A stretch of DNA of 64,000 nt from Minisyncoccota bacterium (GCA_028697455.1 JAQVEZ010000003.1:42972-106971); one strand, 5' to 3'; positions 1 to 11,044 are shown, numbered from the stretch's first letter. The notes: generated by a model from the sequence alone, not told the origin. Made by a program: numbers and translations.

Positions 1-456
1 CTGAGAAATAATATGATGTCCGGAAGAGCCAATATTCACCGAAGCAATAAGTTCATGAATGTCTCGCATACGAACCTCTTCTCCGTTTATCAAGTACTTA
101 TTGGTGCCGTCTTGATATACCTCTCGCGACAGAGTGATTTCATCAAAATCAACATCAATGGTGTTGTTCAGCGTCTGAATATGAAAAACCCGATCAGAGT
201 TATCAAAAACAATAGAGACAGATGCTTTTGTAAGATGAGGAATGCTTTTCGGCCCCTTAAAAATAAAGTCTGAACCTGTTTTCCCTCGCATAGACCTTAC
301 GGATTGCTCTCCCAAAACAAACCGTATTGCCTCAACAACATTTGATTTTCCCGATCCGTTTGGCCCAACAATTGCGATAATAGGAACGTCAAAAACAAAC
401 TCACTCTTTTGGGCAAATGACTTAAACCCATTCAATTCTAGTCTTTTTAAGTGCAT
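1..456 (-). CDS. smc: Chromosome segregation protein SMC, N-terminal part (runs off window)
   Basis: Not in ORF track; reverse complement from ATG at 456 reads MHLKRLELNGFKSFAQK...IVGPNGSGKSNVVEAIRFVLGEQS (SMC head, Walker A). Confidence 0.9.
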   Translation of the reverse strand, partial: MHLKRLELNGFKSFAQKSEFVFDVPIIAIVGPNGSGKSNVVEAIRFVLGEQSVRSMRGKTGSDFIFKGPKSIPHLTKASVSIVFDNSDRVFHIQTLNNTIDVDFDEITLSREVYQDGTNKYLINGEEVRMRDIHELIASVNIGSSGHHIISQ

Positions 457-517
457 ATAATATACCCCACCAGTATATCATAGCCGTGGCAAAGTAAAAA
501 AATGGCTTGCGCCATTT

Positions 518-1129
518 TTAACAACTCCAGTTACCGTCAAGACTGGTATCGTAGAGAACTCTTTCGTGAACGGTGGTATAGTCCATTAATTCATCTGGTG
601 AAAACCAAAGGGCTATCTCGCGTTCTGCCTCAGAAAAATTCTCTGAGCAATGAATGAGATTCCGCACTGCACGATTATCAATTGCCGACATAAAATAAGA
701 ATCAATAGTAAAGTCCCCACGAATAGTACCAATATCTGCACTTAGAGGTTCTGTTCCTCCTACAAGTTGTGTTACAACTTGAGGTGCTGCATGTCCTTCA
801 GCAACAAGAGCAACAACAGGACCTCCTGTCATATACTTTACAATAGTCCTAATAATATCCTTCCCGTACTCGATAGCTGGTTTTTCTGCAGAAAGTCCTT
901 CTCTTTGAAGGTCCTCAATAACCCCCTTCCCCTTTCGTTCAAACCATGCATCATCCTTATTATAGTGAAGAGTACATTGCTCTTCAGTAGGAACAATCAT
1001 TTTCATTCCAATGATTTTCAATCCTCGCTGTTCAAAACGTTTAATAATTTCCCCAACAAGAGATCGTTGAACCCCATCGGGCTTGATCAACACCAGTGAT
1101 CGTTCTTTTTTGACATTTGTTTTTAACAT
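518..1129 (-). CDS. ndk: Nucleoside diphosphate kinase
   Basis: ERSLVLIKPDGVQR, GTIRGDF and RNLIHCS motifs. Confidence 0.95.
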   Translation of the reverse strand: MLKTNVKKERSLVLIKPDGVQRSLVGEIIKRFEQRGLKIIGMKMIVPTEEQCTLHYNKDDAWFERKGKGVIEDLQREGLSAEKPAIEYGKDIIRTIVKYMTGGPVVALVAEGHAAPQVVTQLVGGTEPLSADIGTIRGDFTIDSYFMSAIDNRAVRNLIHCSENFSEAEREIALWFSPDELMDYTTVHERVLYDTSLDGNWSC

Positions 1130-1164
1130 AGGGCTATCATAGCAAAAAATAATTTTTAGTAAAA

Positions 1165-3927
1165 TTACCGATAGCGACCCATAATATCACGCTCAACCTC
1201 TTCTCTTGGTTTCCCATATTTCAAAAAAGATATTTGTTTTATTTTTTCTGAAACTCCTTGTGGATTTTTTTGAACAAAATACTCAAGAGGGAGTGTTTGA
1301 ATATTAAAAGGAGCAAGTGGTTTCCCATTTCCAATCATCTGAATATAGGCATTTCGGTTGGGGATACGCATAATATCATCTGCAGAAAATTGCGGGAGAA
1401 AACGTTTTTCTACATACTGCGCATCCTCAAAAGAAATACGAAAAGAAGCCATAGACCCCACGTTACCAAAGACCGCGTTTTTGATTCCTTCATCAAGCTG
1501 AGCAATAAATTGGTGAGCAACAATAAGCCCGAGCCCATACTTTCGTGCCTCAGAGAGGATTTGTGAAATAGAATCGGTTGTCACATTCTGAAACTCGTCA
1601 ATATATAAATAAAATGGAGGAAGCTCCTTATCAAGCGAATCAACACGAGACAAGGCTGCCATCAAAATCTTTCCAACAAGGATAAGCCCGATCAGGTTTG
1701 CATTAATTTCTCCAAGTCGTCCTTTTGAAAGATTCACCAAGAGAATCTTTTTACTATCCATGATATCTCGAAAATTAAAGGATGATGTTTGTTGAGCAAT
1801 AATAGGACGCATGATCTCATTCGAAATCATTGGATCAAATTTTGAGGTAATATAAGGAACAAAGTTTTCAAGTCCCTGCTCTCCTGTTGTTTTTTCAGCA
1901 TTCTCCCAAAACTGTTTAATAATAGGGTTTTTACAATGTTGTAACTTTAAATCTCGGAAATTCTTATCCGCCAAGACTCTTCCAATCTCAAGAAGCGTGC
2001 TTCCTGACTCAAGGTGTTCCATAACAAGCCCTGCTGAGTTTCGAAAATACTGCTCAAACATAGCACCTCCTCCAACCTTCATATCAAAAAGCTTGTTAAA
2101 AATACCCATCATTTCGTTAATAACAAAAGACTTTTGCTCGGGGTAACGAGGATCAAATTCAAGCATATTTAATCCCATTGGTCTTTCGACAGATGAAGGG
2201 TCAAAATAAATAACATCATCAATTCTTTCAGGGGGGATAAAGTCCAAGATATCTTGAATATCAGAACCATGAGGATCGATAAAGCAAACCCCCTCTCCGT
2301 TCTTGATATCTTGAATAAGCATCTGTTTCAAGAGGTGAGTCTTTCCAGTCCCTGTCTGTCCAATCACATAAAAATGTCTCAAACGATCTTCAGGTGTCAT
2401 ATGAATCATCATTTCTCTATGACGAAAAACATTCTTCCCAAGAATAATACCTTCTTGTGGAGTATCAGAAGGAGCTGGTGCACTCTTATTACTTTCTTGT
2501 TTTAACTGAGAGGTCTCAGATATCTCAAGAGGAAAATGAAAAAGTGTAGAAAGCTCTTTGAGATTTAGTTTAAAAGTATATCGATCATTAAAAAAACGAA
2601 AAACAAAATCCTGAATTGATTGCTCGAGCTGAGAACCACGCTGTGTCTCAAAACGAATACCATTCCCTTTTGGATTATTAAACTGCTGAAAAGCCGAACT
2701 CAGGCTGTGGAGAATTTCATCCGAACGCTGTTTTGTTTCTGCAGAAGTAATAATACGAATATTTGTTTGAACGATAGTGCTATTAAGTTTTTCAGTGATT
2801 TCTCGGATAGCGTCTTCGTCAATTTTCTTTTCGGGAATGTCGGTTTTACTTTCTTCTTTTTGCTGAGAAAAAACATCTCCAACATTCTTTTTAAAATCAG
2901 AAATGAATGAGTTTTTCTTTGCTGCAACCTTAAGGGTGTCTCCCTTTTTGAGATTATCTAAAATCTCTCCATACTCTTTAATGTAATCACCATCAATAGG
3001 CATCACGATAAACTGCACAGCAGCCCCTTCTCCAGATTTTTTAAGCTTAGAAAAAGTATTCACCAAAACACTCATTGGGTCGTGGTCAAAGTTATCATAA
3101 GTTTTGAGCGTAAGAACATCATTCTGAGTATACTCAGCATAAGCAGATGAGCTTATTCCCGAATAGCTAAAAATATTATAATCATCAAAAACTTCAGTAA
3201 TTTTTACATCCTCAAAAAGCCCAAGGAGTTGTTTTTCAAAAAGATCTGCACGTGATTCAGGAACTGTTACATATAAAGACATGTCATCTTCTCCTTCGGG
3301 TAATGCAAGTTCAAGCGTGTAGTAATTCTTTTCTTTGTTCCGAGGATCACTCGCGATTGATTGCATCCCCGCCATAAACTGCTCCATAAGAGAGACAATC
3401 TGTTTGAAATCACGACTCTCTCCTGTTACTTTCTTGTTAGGAAGAATCACTTCAAAAATCCTCAACCCAAGTGATTTTGAAAGGTCTGATTTTGGTTTAA
3501 GGCCTGGAAGCTCATAATGAGACGCCAGATACTGAACAAGAAACCGATGAAAATCATCAAGGATATGATCATTCCCCATTTTTGAAACAATCTCAAGAGT
3601 ATTTTTGAGCCCTCGTTTAAGAAGAATTCCATAAAGATCTTCAATAATGGTATCGTGGTCTTCTGGAGAAAGTCTGAGCGTAATCCCTTCCATTTCAGAA
3701 TCTTCAACGCGGTATCCGTCTTCAAGAAGATCTTCTTGGGGTTGTTTTTTATATTGTTCGAGAAAATGCTCCGCAGCTTCTTCTCTTTTTTGTTCATATG
3801 GAATATTTTTCTTTTCGAGTGTTTGAAATTCTTTCTCTATTTCTTTTTGAACAAATTGAGTTTCTTCGGCAGAGTTCTTAAAACGTGGTTTTCGTTCAAG
3901 GTTGTCAAAAAAATCATGAGGATCCAT
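1165..3927 (-). CDS. VirD4/TraD-like (HerA/FtsK superfamily) ATPase with long N-terminal domain
   Basis: HFYVIGQTGTGKT Walker A, FIDPHG, LYIDEFQN Walker B, LSEARKY, AHQFIAQL; start placed at MDPHDFF. Confidence 0.85.
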   Translation of the reverse strand: MDPHDFFDNLERKPRFKNSAEETQFVQKEIEKEFQTLEKKNIPYEQKREEAAEHFLEQYKKQPQEDLLEDGYRVEDSEMEGITLRLSPEDHDTIIEDLYGILLKRGLKNTLEIVSKMGNDHILDDFHRFLVQYLASHYELPGLKPKSDLSKSLGLRIFEVILPNKKVTGESRDFKQIVSLMEQFMAGMQSIASDPRNKEKNYYTLELALPEGEDDMSLYVTVPESRADLFEKQLLGLFEDVKITEVFDDYNIFSYSGISSSAYAEYTQNDVLTLKTYDNFDHDPMSVLVNTFSKLKKSGEGAAVQFIVMPIDGDYIKEYGEILDNLKKGDTLKVAAKKNSFISDFKKNVGDVFSQQKEESKTDIPEKKIDEDAIREITEKLNSTIVQTNIRIITSAETKQRSDEILHSLSSAFQQFNNPKGNGIRFETQRGSQLEQSIQDFVFRFFNDRYTFKLNLKELSTLFHFPLEISETSQLKQESNKSAPAPSDTPQEGIILGKNVFRHREMMIHMTPEDRLRHFYVIGQTGTGKTHLLKQMLIQDIKNGEGVCFIDPHGSDIQDILDFIPPERIDDVIYFDPSSVERPMGLNMLEFDPRYPEQKSFVINEMMGIFNKLFDMKVGGGAMFEQYFRNSAGLVMEHLESGSTLLEIGRVLADKNFRDLKLQHCKNPIIKQFWENAEKTTGEQGLENFVPYITSKFDPMISNEIMRPIIAQQTSSFNFRDIMDSKKILLVNLSKGRLGEINANLIGLILVGKILMAALSRVDSLDKELPPFYLYIDEFQNVTTDSISQILSEARKYGLGLIVAHQFIAQLDEGIKNAVFGNVGSMASFRISFEDAQYVEKRFLPQFSADDIMRIPNRNAYIQMIGNGKPLAPFNIQTLPLEYFVQKNPQGVSEKIKQISFLKYGKPREEVERDIMGRYR

Positions 3928-3984
3928 GATCTCATTATACGCTAAAAAATATAAATAAAAAAACACTCACAAACTGAGCATCTT

Positions 3985-4305
3985 TTATGCAAGACTGGTG
4001 ATCTTTACTTTCATAAAGTGCTGTCGATGCCCTTTCTTTTTAAAGTATCGTGTTTTTGATTTATATCGAATCACGGTTACTTTTTTAGAAAGTCCTTGTT
4101 CAACAAGTTCACCAGAAACTTTTGCTCCAGACAGGAATGGGGTTCCGATATTGGTTACTGAACCATCGTCAGTAAGCAATACGTTTTCAAAAACAATTTT
4201 ATCCCCTGTCTTGAAGTCTCCATCTAATTTTTCGATGGTGATAAGATCACCTTCGGAAACGCGGTATTGTTTCCCACCGGTTTCAATAATTGAAAACTTA
4301 CTCAT
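3985..4305 (-). CDS. rplU: 50S ribosomal protein L21
   Basis: IIETGGKQYRV...KKKGHRQ; start at MSKF. Confidence 0.97.
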   Translation of the reverse strand: MSKFSIIETGGKQYRVSEGDLITIEKLDGDFKTGDKIVFENVLLTDDGSVTNIGTPFLSGAKVSGELVEQGLSKKVTVIRYKSKTRYFKKKGHRQHFMKVKITSLA

Positions 4306-4344
4306 AACAAGGGCTATTATACATAAATAGCTTTTTATGACAAG

Positions 4345-4386
4345 CCCGCACACTTACTCCGCCAGCTGGCAGAGTAAGTGTGCGGG
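4345..4386. repeat. 42-bp near-perfect GC-rich palindrome
   Basis: cccgcacacttactc-cgccagctggca-gagtaagtgtgcggg: 15-bp perfect arms around a GCCAGCTGGC core. Confidence 0.8.
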
Positions 4387-4455
4387 TTGACAAAAATATA
4401 AAATAGGTATATAATGGACTTTGAGAATAATGTTTAACAAAAAAATATTCAAAAA

Positions 4456-4920
4456 ATGGAAAAAATAGAAAGCATTGTAAATCCAAACCTTTTTTTAGAC
4501 TATGGGAAAGAAAACGGGAAGAATGATTTTTTCAAATTTACCTTCCTTGGTAACCCTATTTTTAAAATACCTTTTCTTTTCTTTTCAAAAGAATTTGAAC
4601 CTCTAAAAAAAGTTCCATGTTATGAAATACTTTCTAAAGCAATGAATAATTTTGGAATCAAAAAATATTATGGTGAAAAAATAATCAAAGAGCCTCAAGA
4701 GGTTATTCAAGAAATGCATTACATAACAACTTGTAAGGATACAACTTTTACCGATGAAAAAATTAATCTTTGGAACTACAAAATTCCAAATGAAAAATTG
4801 TTTTATTTATTAGGTTGTATTTACAATAAGAGTAAAGATGAATGGATATTTTTCATATCTGATGAAATAGCAGAGTCTAGTAAATTTTATCCACCCTTAG
4901 GAACTCGTATTTTTACCTAA
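4456..4920 (+). CDS. Hypothetical protein (orphan, very AT-rich)
   Basis: 154-aa ORF with upstream TTGACA...TATAAT and a downstream terminator. Confidence 0.6.
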   Translation: MEKIESIVNPNLFLDYGKENGKNDFFKFTFLGNPIFKIPFLFFSKEFEPLKKVPCYEILSKAMNNFGIKKYYGEKIIKEPQEVIQEMHYITTCKDTTFTDEKINLWNYKIPNEKLFYLLGCIYNKSKDEWIFFISDEIAESSKFYPPLGTRIFT

Positions 4921-4924
4921 AATT

Positions 4925-4956
4925 AAAACTGTCTACTTAACCGTAGGCAGTTTTTT
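4925..4956 (+). terminator. Intrinsic terminator
   Basis: aaaactgtctac-ttaacc-gtaggcagtttttt. Confidence 0.7.
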
Positions 4957-4994
4957 AACTTCAAAAAACACCCCTACTCTGTTATACTTCCCTT

Positions 4995-6383
4995 ATGAAA
5001 CTCTATAATTCCCTAACGAATCAGAAAGAAACTTTTACCCCTCTAAGTGCTGGTAAGGTATCTATGTACCACTGTGGGCCAACGGTGTATGACTATGTCC
5101 ATATTGGGAATTTGCGATCATTTTTGCTCGCGGATTTTGTTCGTAGAGTTTTTGAATATCAGGGATATGCGGTAACTCAAGTCATGAATATCACCGACAT
5201 TGGACACCTCGTTTCTGATGGAGACGACGGTGACGACAAAATGACCAAAGCACTAAAACGAGAAGGTAAAGACATCACCCTAGAAAATATGCTCGCTCTG
5301 GCTGATTTTTATGCAAATGCTTTTAAGAATAACTTACAGGAACTCAACATTGAGACCCCGCATTTTATTCCCAAAGCTTCAGAACACATTGATGAGGATA
5401 TCAAGATTATCAAACAACTCGAAACAAAAGGATATACCTATATCACCAGTGACGGAGTGTATTTTGATACTGCCAAAATGGCCGATTACGGAAAACTTGG
5501 AGGAATTAATAATGGGAACAACGAAAACCGTATCGCCGAAAATACTGAGAAAAAACAATCAGCTGACTTTGCTTTGTGGAAGTTTGATAATAACCAGGGC
5601 TGGGACTCTCCTTGGGGACAAGGTTTCCCTGGATGGCACATAGAATGTTCTGGTATGGGAATTAAATACCTTGGAGAGCAATTTGATATTCATACTGGAG
5701 GAATTGACCTCAAGAGTATTCATCACAACAATGAAATTGCTCAATCAGAATCGGCTACTGGTTGCTCACCATTTGTATCTTATTGGTTGCATGGAGAAAT
5801 GCTCAATTTTAGAGGAGAAAAACTCTCTAAATCAACGGGTGGAAATATCACCCTTGCTGTTCTCAAGGATCAAGACTTCTCACCTCTTGACTATCGCTAT
5901 CTCACCCTTCAAACACATTACCGTTCTCCTATGGAGTTCAGCTTTGAAATTTTAGAACAAGCAAAGAACGCCCTTGCTCGTATCAAAAAAGACATTCTCA
6001 GGCTCAAAAAAGAAAATCCTGACACAAAAATAATCGATATAAAAAATCATTCTTACCAAAAAGAATTCCTAGAGAAAATCCAAGACGATATAAATATTCC
6101 TCAAGCACTTGCAGTTTTTCACGAAATGATGAAATCAGATATCTCTGATAACGAAAAATTATCTCTTGCTTATGATTTTGATCATATCTTTGGGCTTGGT
6201 CTTGAACAGCTCCACGAAGAGACCTTTGCTGTGCCAGACAGGGTCCATGAACTTCTCGATGAACGTGCAAACGCGCGTAAGAACAAAAATTGGGAACTCT
6301 CTGATACTCTTCGAGATGCTATCGTGCAAGAAGGCTACCGAGTCATCGATAGTGGTGATAAACAGGAAATTCAAAAACTTTAA
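4995..6383 (+). CDS. cysS: Cysteine--tRNA ligase
   Basis: CGPTVYDYVHIGN, PGWHIECS, DIHTGGIDL, KLSKS. Confidence 0.97.
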   Translation: MKLYNSLTNQKETFTPLSAGKVSMYHCGPTVYDYVHIGNLRSFLLADFVRRVFEYQGYAVTQVMNITDIGHLVSDGDDGDDKMTKALKREGKDITLENMLALADFYANAFKNNLQELNIETPHFIPKASEHIDEDIKIIKQLETKGYTYITSDGVYFDTAKMADYGKLGGINNGNNENRIAENTEKKQSADFALWKFDNNQGWDSPWGQGFPGWHIECSGMGIKYLGEQFDIHTGGIDLKSIHHNNEIAQSESATGCSPFVSYWLHGEMLNFRGEKLSKSTGGNITLAVLKDQDFSPLDYRYLTLQTHYRSPMEFSFEILEQAKNALARIKKDILRLKKENPDTKIIDIKNHSYQKEFLEKIQDDINIPQALAVFHEMMKSDISDNEKLSLAYDFDHIFGLGLEQLHEETFAVPDRVHELLDERANARKNKNWELSDTLRDAIVQEGYRVIDSGDKQEIQKL

Positions 6384-6410
6384 AACACCTTCTCATAAGG
6401 TGTTTTATTT

Positions 6411-6686
6411 TTAGAAAGTACGATCAAGATAATCATTAATATTCTTACTTGTTGTATCTATCTGAGACTGTATTGATGAAAAGAAGTTCTTAACTGAAGA
6501 ATTCATCTCAACAACAGCTGCCTGACTATCTGTAGGCAAATCATCAGCAATATCATCGAGGCCTTCTTCTCTTAATGTTTCTTCTGTCGTTGTTTGTTCA
6601 AGGGTAGTACTTTTTTGAAAGGCGCTGTACGCAAAATAAGCAAGGAGCGCAATGATAATAATAACGAAAAGGTTTTTCATACTCAT
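6411..6686 (-). CDS. Small membrane-anchored hypothetical protein
   Basis: N-terminal hydrophobic helix; fills gap between dnaJ and a bidirectional terminator. Confidence 0.6.
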   Translation of the reverse strand: MSMKNLFVIIIIALLAYFAYSAFQKSTTLEQTTTEETLREEGLDDIADDLPTDSQAAVVEMNSSVKNFFSSIQSQIDTTSKNINDYLDRTF

Positions 6687-6708
6687 CTAGTATACCTTAA
6701 AAAACAAA

Positions 6709-7770
6709 TTAATACCCTTCTTCGGCAAGCGCTGAGAGTGCTTCTTTTGCTTTTTTGGAAAGTTTTTTTGGGATAGCTATCTCAAAAGAAACCAAAAGAT
6801 CTCCCTTCTCCGCAAAACCTTTCTTTGAAACCTTAAGAACTGTTCCGTGCTGAGTTCCTGCTGGAACTTTGATGGTAACCTTTGAATTATCAAGGAGTGT
6901 AATTTCTTTTTCCGTACCCAAAACCGCCTCACTTAATGAGAGCGTTTGGGTGGTAAGGAGATCCATACCATTTCTTTTGAATTGTTTATCTGGTTTTACC
7001 TGAATGAGAACATAAAGATCCCCTGCCTCACCATTTTTGATAGCTTCTCCTTTGTGAGCGATACGCAAGCTATCCCCTGTTTTTATTCCCTTAGGAATAA
7101 TAAACTCAACACGTTCTTTTTCTTTGATAGTTCCTTTCCCCTTACAGGTCTTACAAAGATTCTTCGGAATCTTCCCCACTCCTTCACAACGAGGACACTC
7201 GGTAACCGTAGCAAAAATACCCATAACTTGCGTTTGGATTTTTCCTTGCCCTTCACACTGCGGACAAGTAATCATTTCAGAATCTTTCTCTGCTCCCGTT
7301 CCCTTACAATCAGGACAAGGTTTCTCTCTCATGTATTCAATCGTTTGAGTTTTCCCCAAAAAAGCATCCTTAAACTCAATTTCCACCGCAACCTGAATGT
7401 CTCGTCCTCTTTTCTTTTGGCTTGAATAACTTCCTCCGTTAAATCCACCAAAACCACCAAAAATATCAGAAAAATCAAAATTAAAATTCATGTCTCCGGT
7501 CTGAAAACCAGAAAAATCAAAGCCGCCAAAACCACCGCCTGCATGAGCTCCTCCACCAGCAGCACCAGCTGTTCCAAAACGGTCGTATTGGGCACGCTTT
7601 TCTTCATTCGAAAGAACCTGATAGGCTTCGTTCGCTTCTTTGAATTTTTGCTCATCACCTCCTTTTTTATCAGGATGGTACTGATGAGCAATTTTATGAA
7701 AGGCCTTCTTGATCTCCGTTTGAGTGGCGTTTTTTTCTACTCCTAATATTTTATAATAATCTTTTCCCAT
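6709..7770 (-). CDS. dnaJ: Chaperone DnaJ
   Basis: J-domain HPD, G/F region, four CxxCxGxG repeats. Confidence 0.97.
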   Translation of the reverse strand: MGKDYYKILGVEKNATQTEIKKAFHKIAHQYHPDKKGGDEQKFKEANEAYQVLSNEEKRAQYDRFGTAGAAGGGAHAGGGFGGFDFSGFQTGDMNFNFDFSDIFGGFGGFNGGSYSSQKKRGRDIQVAVEIEFKDAFLGKTQTIEYMREKPCPDCKGTGAEKDSEMITCPQCEGQGKIQTQVMGIFATVTECPRCEGVGKIPKNLCKTCKGKGTIKEKERVEFIIPKGIKTGDSLRIAHKGEAIKNGEAGDLYVLIQVKPDKQFKRNGMDLLTTQTLSLSEAVLGTEKEITLLDNSKVTIKVPAGTQHGTVLKVSKKGFAEKGDLLVSFEIAIPKKLSKKAKEALSALAEEGY

Positions 7771-7843
7771 ATCTTATTCGTAACACTCTCTGCGCTAAAA
7801 ATACACAACCCGTATTATGTACTTTTTACCCAAAAAGGGTTTT

Positions 7844-9718
7844 TTATTCTTCAGAAGAATTTTCTTCTTTGACTTCAGCTTCTGCAGGTTCTGCTTCAGC
7901 TTGCCCAGCTGGCTCAGCGTCTTTGCTCATCGCTTCTCCTATTTTCTGCATAGCGAGAGAGAGTTCTCCAGTTTTCTTCTCGATAGCGTCTTTATCTTCA
8001 CTATCTTTTATTTCCTTGAGCCCTTTGATAACTTCCTCTATTTCTGTCTTGAGAGCGTCTTCTATCTTATCAGAAAAATCCTTTAATGACTTTTCAGCAG
8101 AAAAGATCATTGCTTCAGCATTATTTTTGACATCAACAAGCTCTTTCTTTTTCTTATCCTCGTCTGCGTGTTCTTCTGCTTCTTGTTGCATCCTCTTGAT
8201 TTCTTCGTCAGAGAGTTTTGAACCTCCCTCAATCCTGATTGAGTTTTCTTTGTTGGTCGTTTTGTCTTTCGCACTAACCTCAAGAATACCATTAGCATCG
8301 ACATTAAAACTCACTTCAATTTGAGGAATACCGCGTGGCGCTGGAGCAATCCCTTCAAGAATAAATCTTCCTAGAGATTTATTATCTACCGCCATTGGGC
8401 GCTCTCCTTGAACAATATGAATCTCAACAGAGGTCTGGTTATCAGCAGCTGTTGAGAATACTTGAGATGCTTGCGCTGGAATAGTGGTGTTTCTTTCAAC
8501 GAGTTTTGTTGCAACTCCCCCCATAGTCTCAATAGAAAGAGAAAGAGGAATCACATCAAGCAAAAGAATATCTTTTACATCTCCTTGGAGAACTCCTCCC
8601 TGAAGAGCAGCCCCAAGAGCCACCACCTCATCAGGGTTGATTGATTTGTTGGGATCTTTTCCAAAAACTTCTTTTACCATTTCAGAGATTTTTGGCATTC
8701 GTGTTTGTCCTCCAACAAGAATAACTTCATCAATATCTTGAGGAGAAATTCCTGCTGACTTTACTACCTCTTTGGTTATCGCAATAGATTTTTCAAGGAA
8801 AGGAAGAGCCAATTCCTCAAGCTTTGCACGTGTAAGAGAAAGCAAAAGATGCTGTGGTCCATTCTCATTAGAGCTAATGAAAGGAACGTTAATTTCAGTT
8901 TCAACCGTATTAGAAAGCTCGTGTTTTGCCTTCTCGGCTGCTTCTTTCAATCTTTGAAGTGCAAGAATATCACTACGAACATCAATTCCTGAAGTTTTCT
9001 TAAATTCATCAGCAATCCAATCAATAATCGATCGGTCAATGTCCTCTCCTCCCATACTTGCATCTCCTCCGGTTGATTTTACCTCAACAACATCATCAGC
9101 AACCTCAAGGATCGAAATATCAAAAGTTCCTCCCCCAAAGTCATACACCGCAATTTTCTCGTTGGCATTTTTGTTAAAACCATAAGCAAGAGCGGCAGCG
9201 GTTGGTTCGTTAATAATTCTTTTCACCTCAAGTCCTGCAATCTTTCCAGCGTCTTTTGTTGCCTGTCGTTGTGCATCATCAAAATATGCAGGAACGGTAA
9301 TAACTGCTTCGGTGACTTCTTCTCCAATTTTTTCTTCGATATCTGTTTTGATTTTTTTGAGAATCATTGCAGAAATTTCTTCTGGAGAATAGTCTTTATC
9401 ATTCATCTCTATTGAGATTTTGCCCTCTTTTCCTTTAGTGATTTTAAAAGGTGAATTCTTGATATCATTTTGAACAACGTTATCAGAGAACTTGTGTCCC
9501 ATATATCGTTTTACTCCAAAAATAGTATTTGCAGGATTAGTAACAGCCTGTCTTTTTGCAAGAAGTCCTACAAGGCGTTCTCCCTTTTTACCAATAGCAA
9601 CAATCGATGGAGTGGTTCGGTTCCCTTCGCTATTTTCTACAATTTTAGGTTGTCCTCCTTCAACAATCGCAACCGCTGAGTTGGTTGTTCCGAGGTCTAT
9701 TCCAATAATTTTAGCCAT
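7844..9718 (-). CDS. dnaK: Chaperone DnaK
   Basis: [29 protein letters not shown]. Confidence 0.98.
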   Translation of the reverse strand: MAKIIGIDLGTTNSAVAIVEGGQPKIVENSEGNRTTPSIVAIGKKGERLVGLLAKRQAVTNPANTIFGVKRYMGHKFSDNVVQNDIKNSPFKITKGKEGKISIEMNDKDYSPEEISAMILKKIKTDIEEKIGEEVTEAVITVPAYFDDAQRQATKDAGKIAGLEVKRIINEPTAAALAYGFNKNANEKIAVYDFGGGTFDISILEVADDVVEVKSTGGDASMGGEDIDRSIIDWIADEFKKTSGIDVRSDILALQRLKEAAEKAKHELSNTVETEINVPFISSNENGPQHLLLSLTRAKLEELALPFLEKSIAITKEVVKSAGISPQDIDEVILVGGQTRMPKISEMVKEVFGKDPNKSINPDEVVALGAALQGGVLQGDVKDILLLDVIPLSLSIETMGGVATKLVERNTTIPAQASQVFSTAADNQTSVEIHIVQGERPMAVDNKSLGRFILEGIAPAPRGIPQIEVSFNVDANGILEVSAKDKTTNKENSIRIEGGSKLSDEEIKRMQQEAEEHADEDKKKKELVDVKNNAEAMIFSAEKSLKDFSDKIEDALKTEIEEVIKGLKEIKDSEDKDAIEKKTGELSLAMQKIGEAMSKDAEPAGQAEAEPAEAEVKEENSSEE

Positions 9719-9763
9719 AATAATTTAAAAAATTAATTTTTATAATAAATTTCTTTGTAATAA

Positions 9764-10342
9764 TTACTTACCTTCTTTGAGATAATTTCCAACCTTGACC
9801 TTGGCAGGACGGAGAACAGCATCTCCACTACGATAGCCTTTTTGGATAACAGTGAGGATAGTGTGGTCTTCTGATTCGTTCTCAACAGGAATATGCTCAA
9901 CAGGATCGTGATAAAGAGGATTAAACTCCTCTCCCAAAGTCCCAATGGTTTCGACGCCATATTCCTCCATTACTTTCATAAACTGCTGATAAATATATTC
10001 AACGCCGATTCTCCATGCCTTATCTACCTTTTCCCAAGATTCTTTGTTATGAAAAGCCATATCAAAGCTATCGAGAACAGGAAAGAAATTAATCAAGAGA
10101 TCTTCTTTGAGCGCTTTGATTCTCTCGCTTCGTTTCTTTTCTTCTTCTGATTTATAATTAACAAAATCAGCGCGTTCCTTTTGCCAGCCGGTAAGGTATT
10201 CTTGAGCTTTTTTATTCGACTCCTTAAGCTCCTCACGAAGTTTTTTGAGTTTATTTTTTGATCCAAGAAGTTCTGATTCTCCTTCATCGATATCGATATA
10301 AACGTCTTCGTGTTCTTGTTTTTTGTGATTATCTTTCTTCAT
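9764..10342 (-). CDS. grpE: Nucleotide exchange factor GrpE
   Basis: RADFVNY, FNPLYHD, QKGY...LRPAKVKV; upstream of dnaK. Confidence 0.95.
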   Translation of the reverse strand: MKKDNHKKQEHEDVYIDIDEGESELLGSKNKLKKLREELKESNKKAQEYLTGWQKERADFVNYKSEEEKKRSERIKALKEDLLINFFPVLDSFDMAFHNKESWEKVDKAWRIGVEYIYQQFMKVMEEYGVETIGTLGEEFNPLYHDPVEHIPVENESEDHTILTVIQKGYRSGDAVLRPAKVKVGNYLKEGK

Positions 10343-10474
10343 ATGTATATTTGGAAGATAGTTTTAGTATATACTCTTTCATTTTTTTGACAAGTTTTTC
10401 ATATATCTGAATTTATTGTCAAAAATACAAAAAAAGCCCTTGAAAAATCCTTAAAAAGGGCTATAGTTAAAACA

Positions 10475-11044
10475 ATGGACAAAAAAGGTAAAAACAGCAT
10501 ACAAGATACCCTTTTGCGGATTCTCTCTGGCAAAAAGGTTCTCCGTCACGAAACTCTTCTCGAACGAATGGAGCCTTTTTTATCCGAAAAAGATAGCTCG
10601 GAGCAAAAATATTCAATCAACCGAACGCTCAAAAAAATGATTGAAGACGACATCGTGGTCAGACACGAAAGCTCACGATCAGCGTTTTTCTCTCTCACCA
10701 AAAGAGGGAAACAAAAAATGAGAACAACCCTCTTCTCATCACAACAACACCTTGTTCCGACAGTATGGGATGGCTACTGGAGAATTGTCATTGTTGATAT
10801 TCCTGATCACAAAAAGAAAGAGCAAGATGCTCTCCGCTATCTTCTCAAAAAAGCGCAGTTTATTCAGATAAAAAATTCTCTATGGATTTCTCCCTACTCC
10901 CTTGAACATATTATGATAGAAATACGAAACGATATGGGACTCCATGATGAGATACTTATCTTTGTGACAAACAAACTCGATACTCACACAGAAAATATCC
11001 TTATCCAAAAATTCGCAGAAAAAGCAGAAAAAAAAGAAGGCTAG
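10475..11044 (+). CDS. PaaX-like winged-helix regulator with Cas2-like central domain
   Basis: wHTH then WDGYWRIVIVDIP...LRYLLKKAQFIQIKNSLWISPY. Confidence 0.75.
   Translation: MDKKGKNSIQDTLLRILSGKKVLRHETLLERMEPFLSEKDSSEQKYSINRTLKKMIEDDIVVRHESSRSAFFSLTKRGKQKMRTTLFSSQQHLVPTVWDGYWRIVIVDIPDHKKKEQDALRYLLKKAQFIQIKNSLWISPYSLEHIMIEIRNDMGLHDEILIFVTNKLDTHTENILIQKFAEKAEKKEG

Noticed and set aside
13-460. Two short plus-strand ORFs
   Set aside because: Antisense shadows of smc
7780-7799. CIRCE-like half-sites before dnaJ
   Set aside because: Half-sites are degenerate and lack the 9-nt spacer
10475-11044. Cas2-like motif suggesting CRISPR-Cas
   Set aside because: It is the central domain of a PaaX-like regulator; no cas1, other cas genes or repeat-spacer array seen
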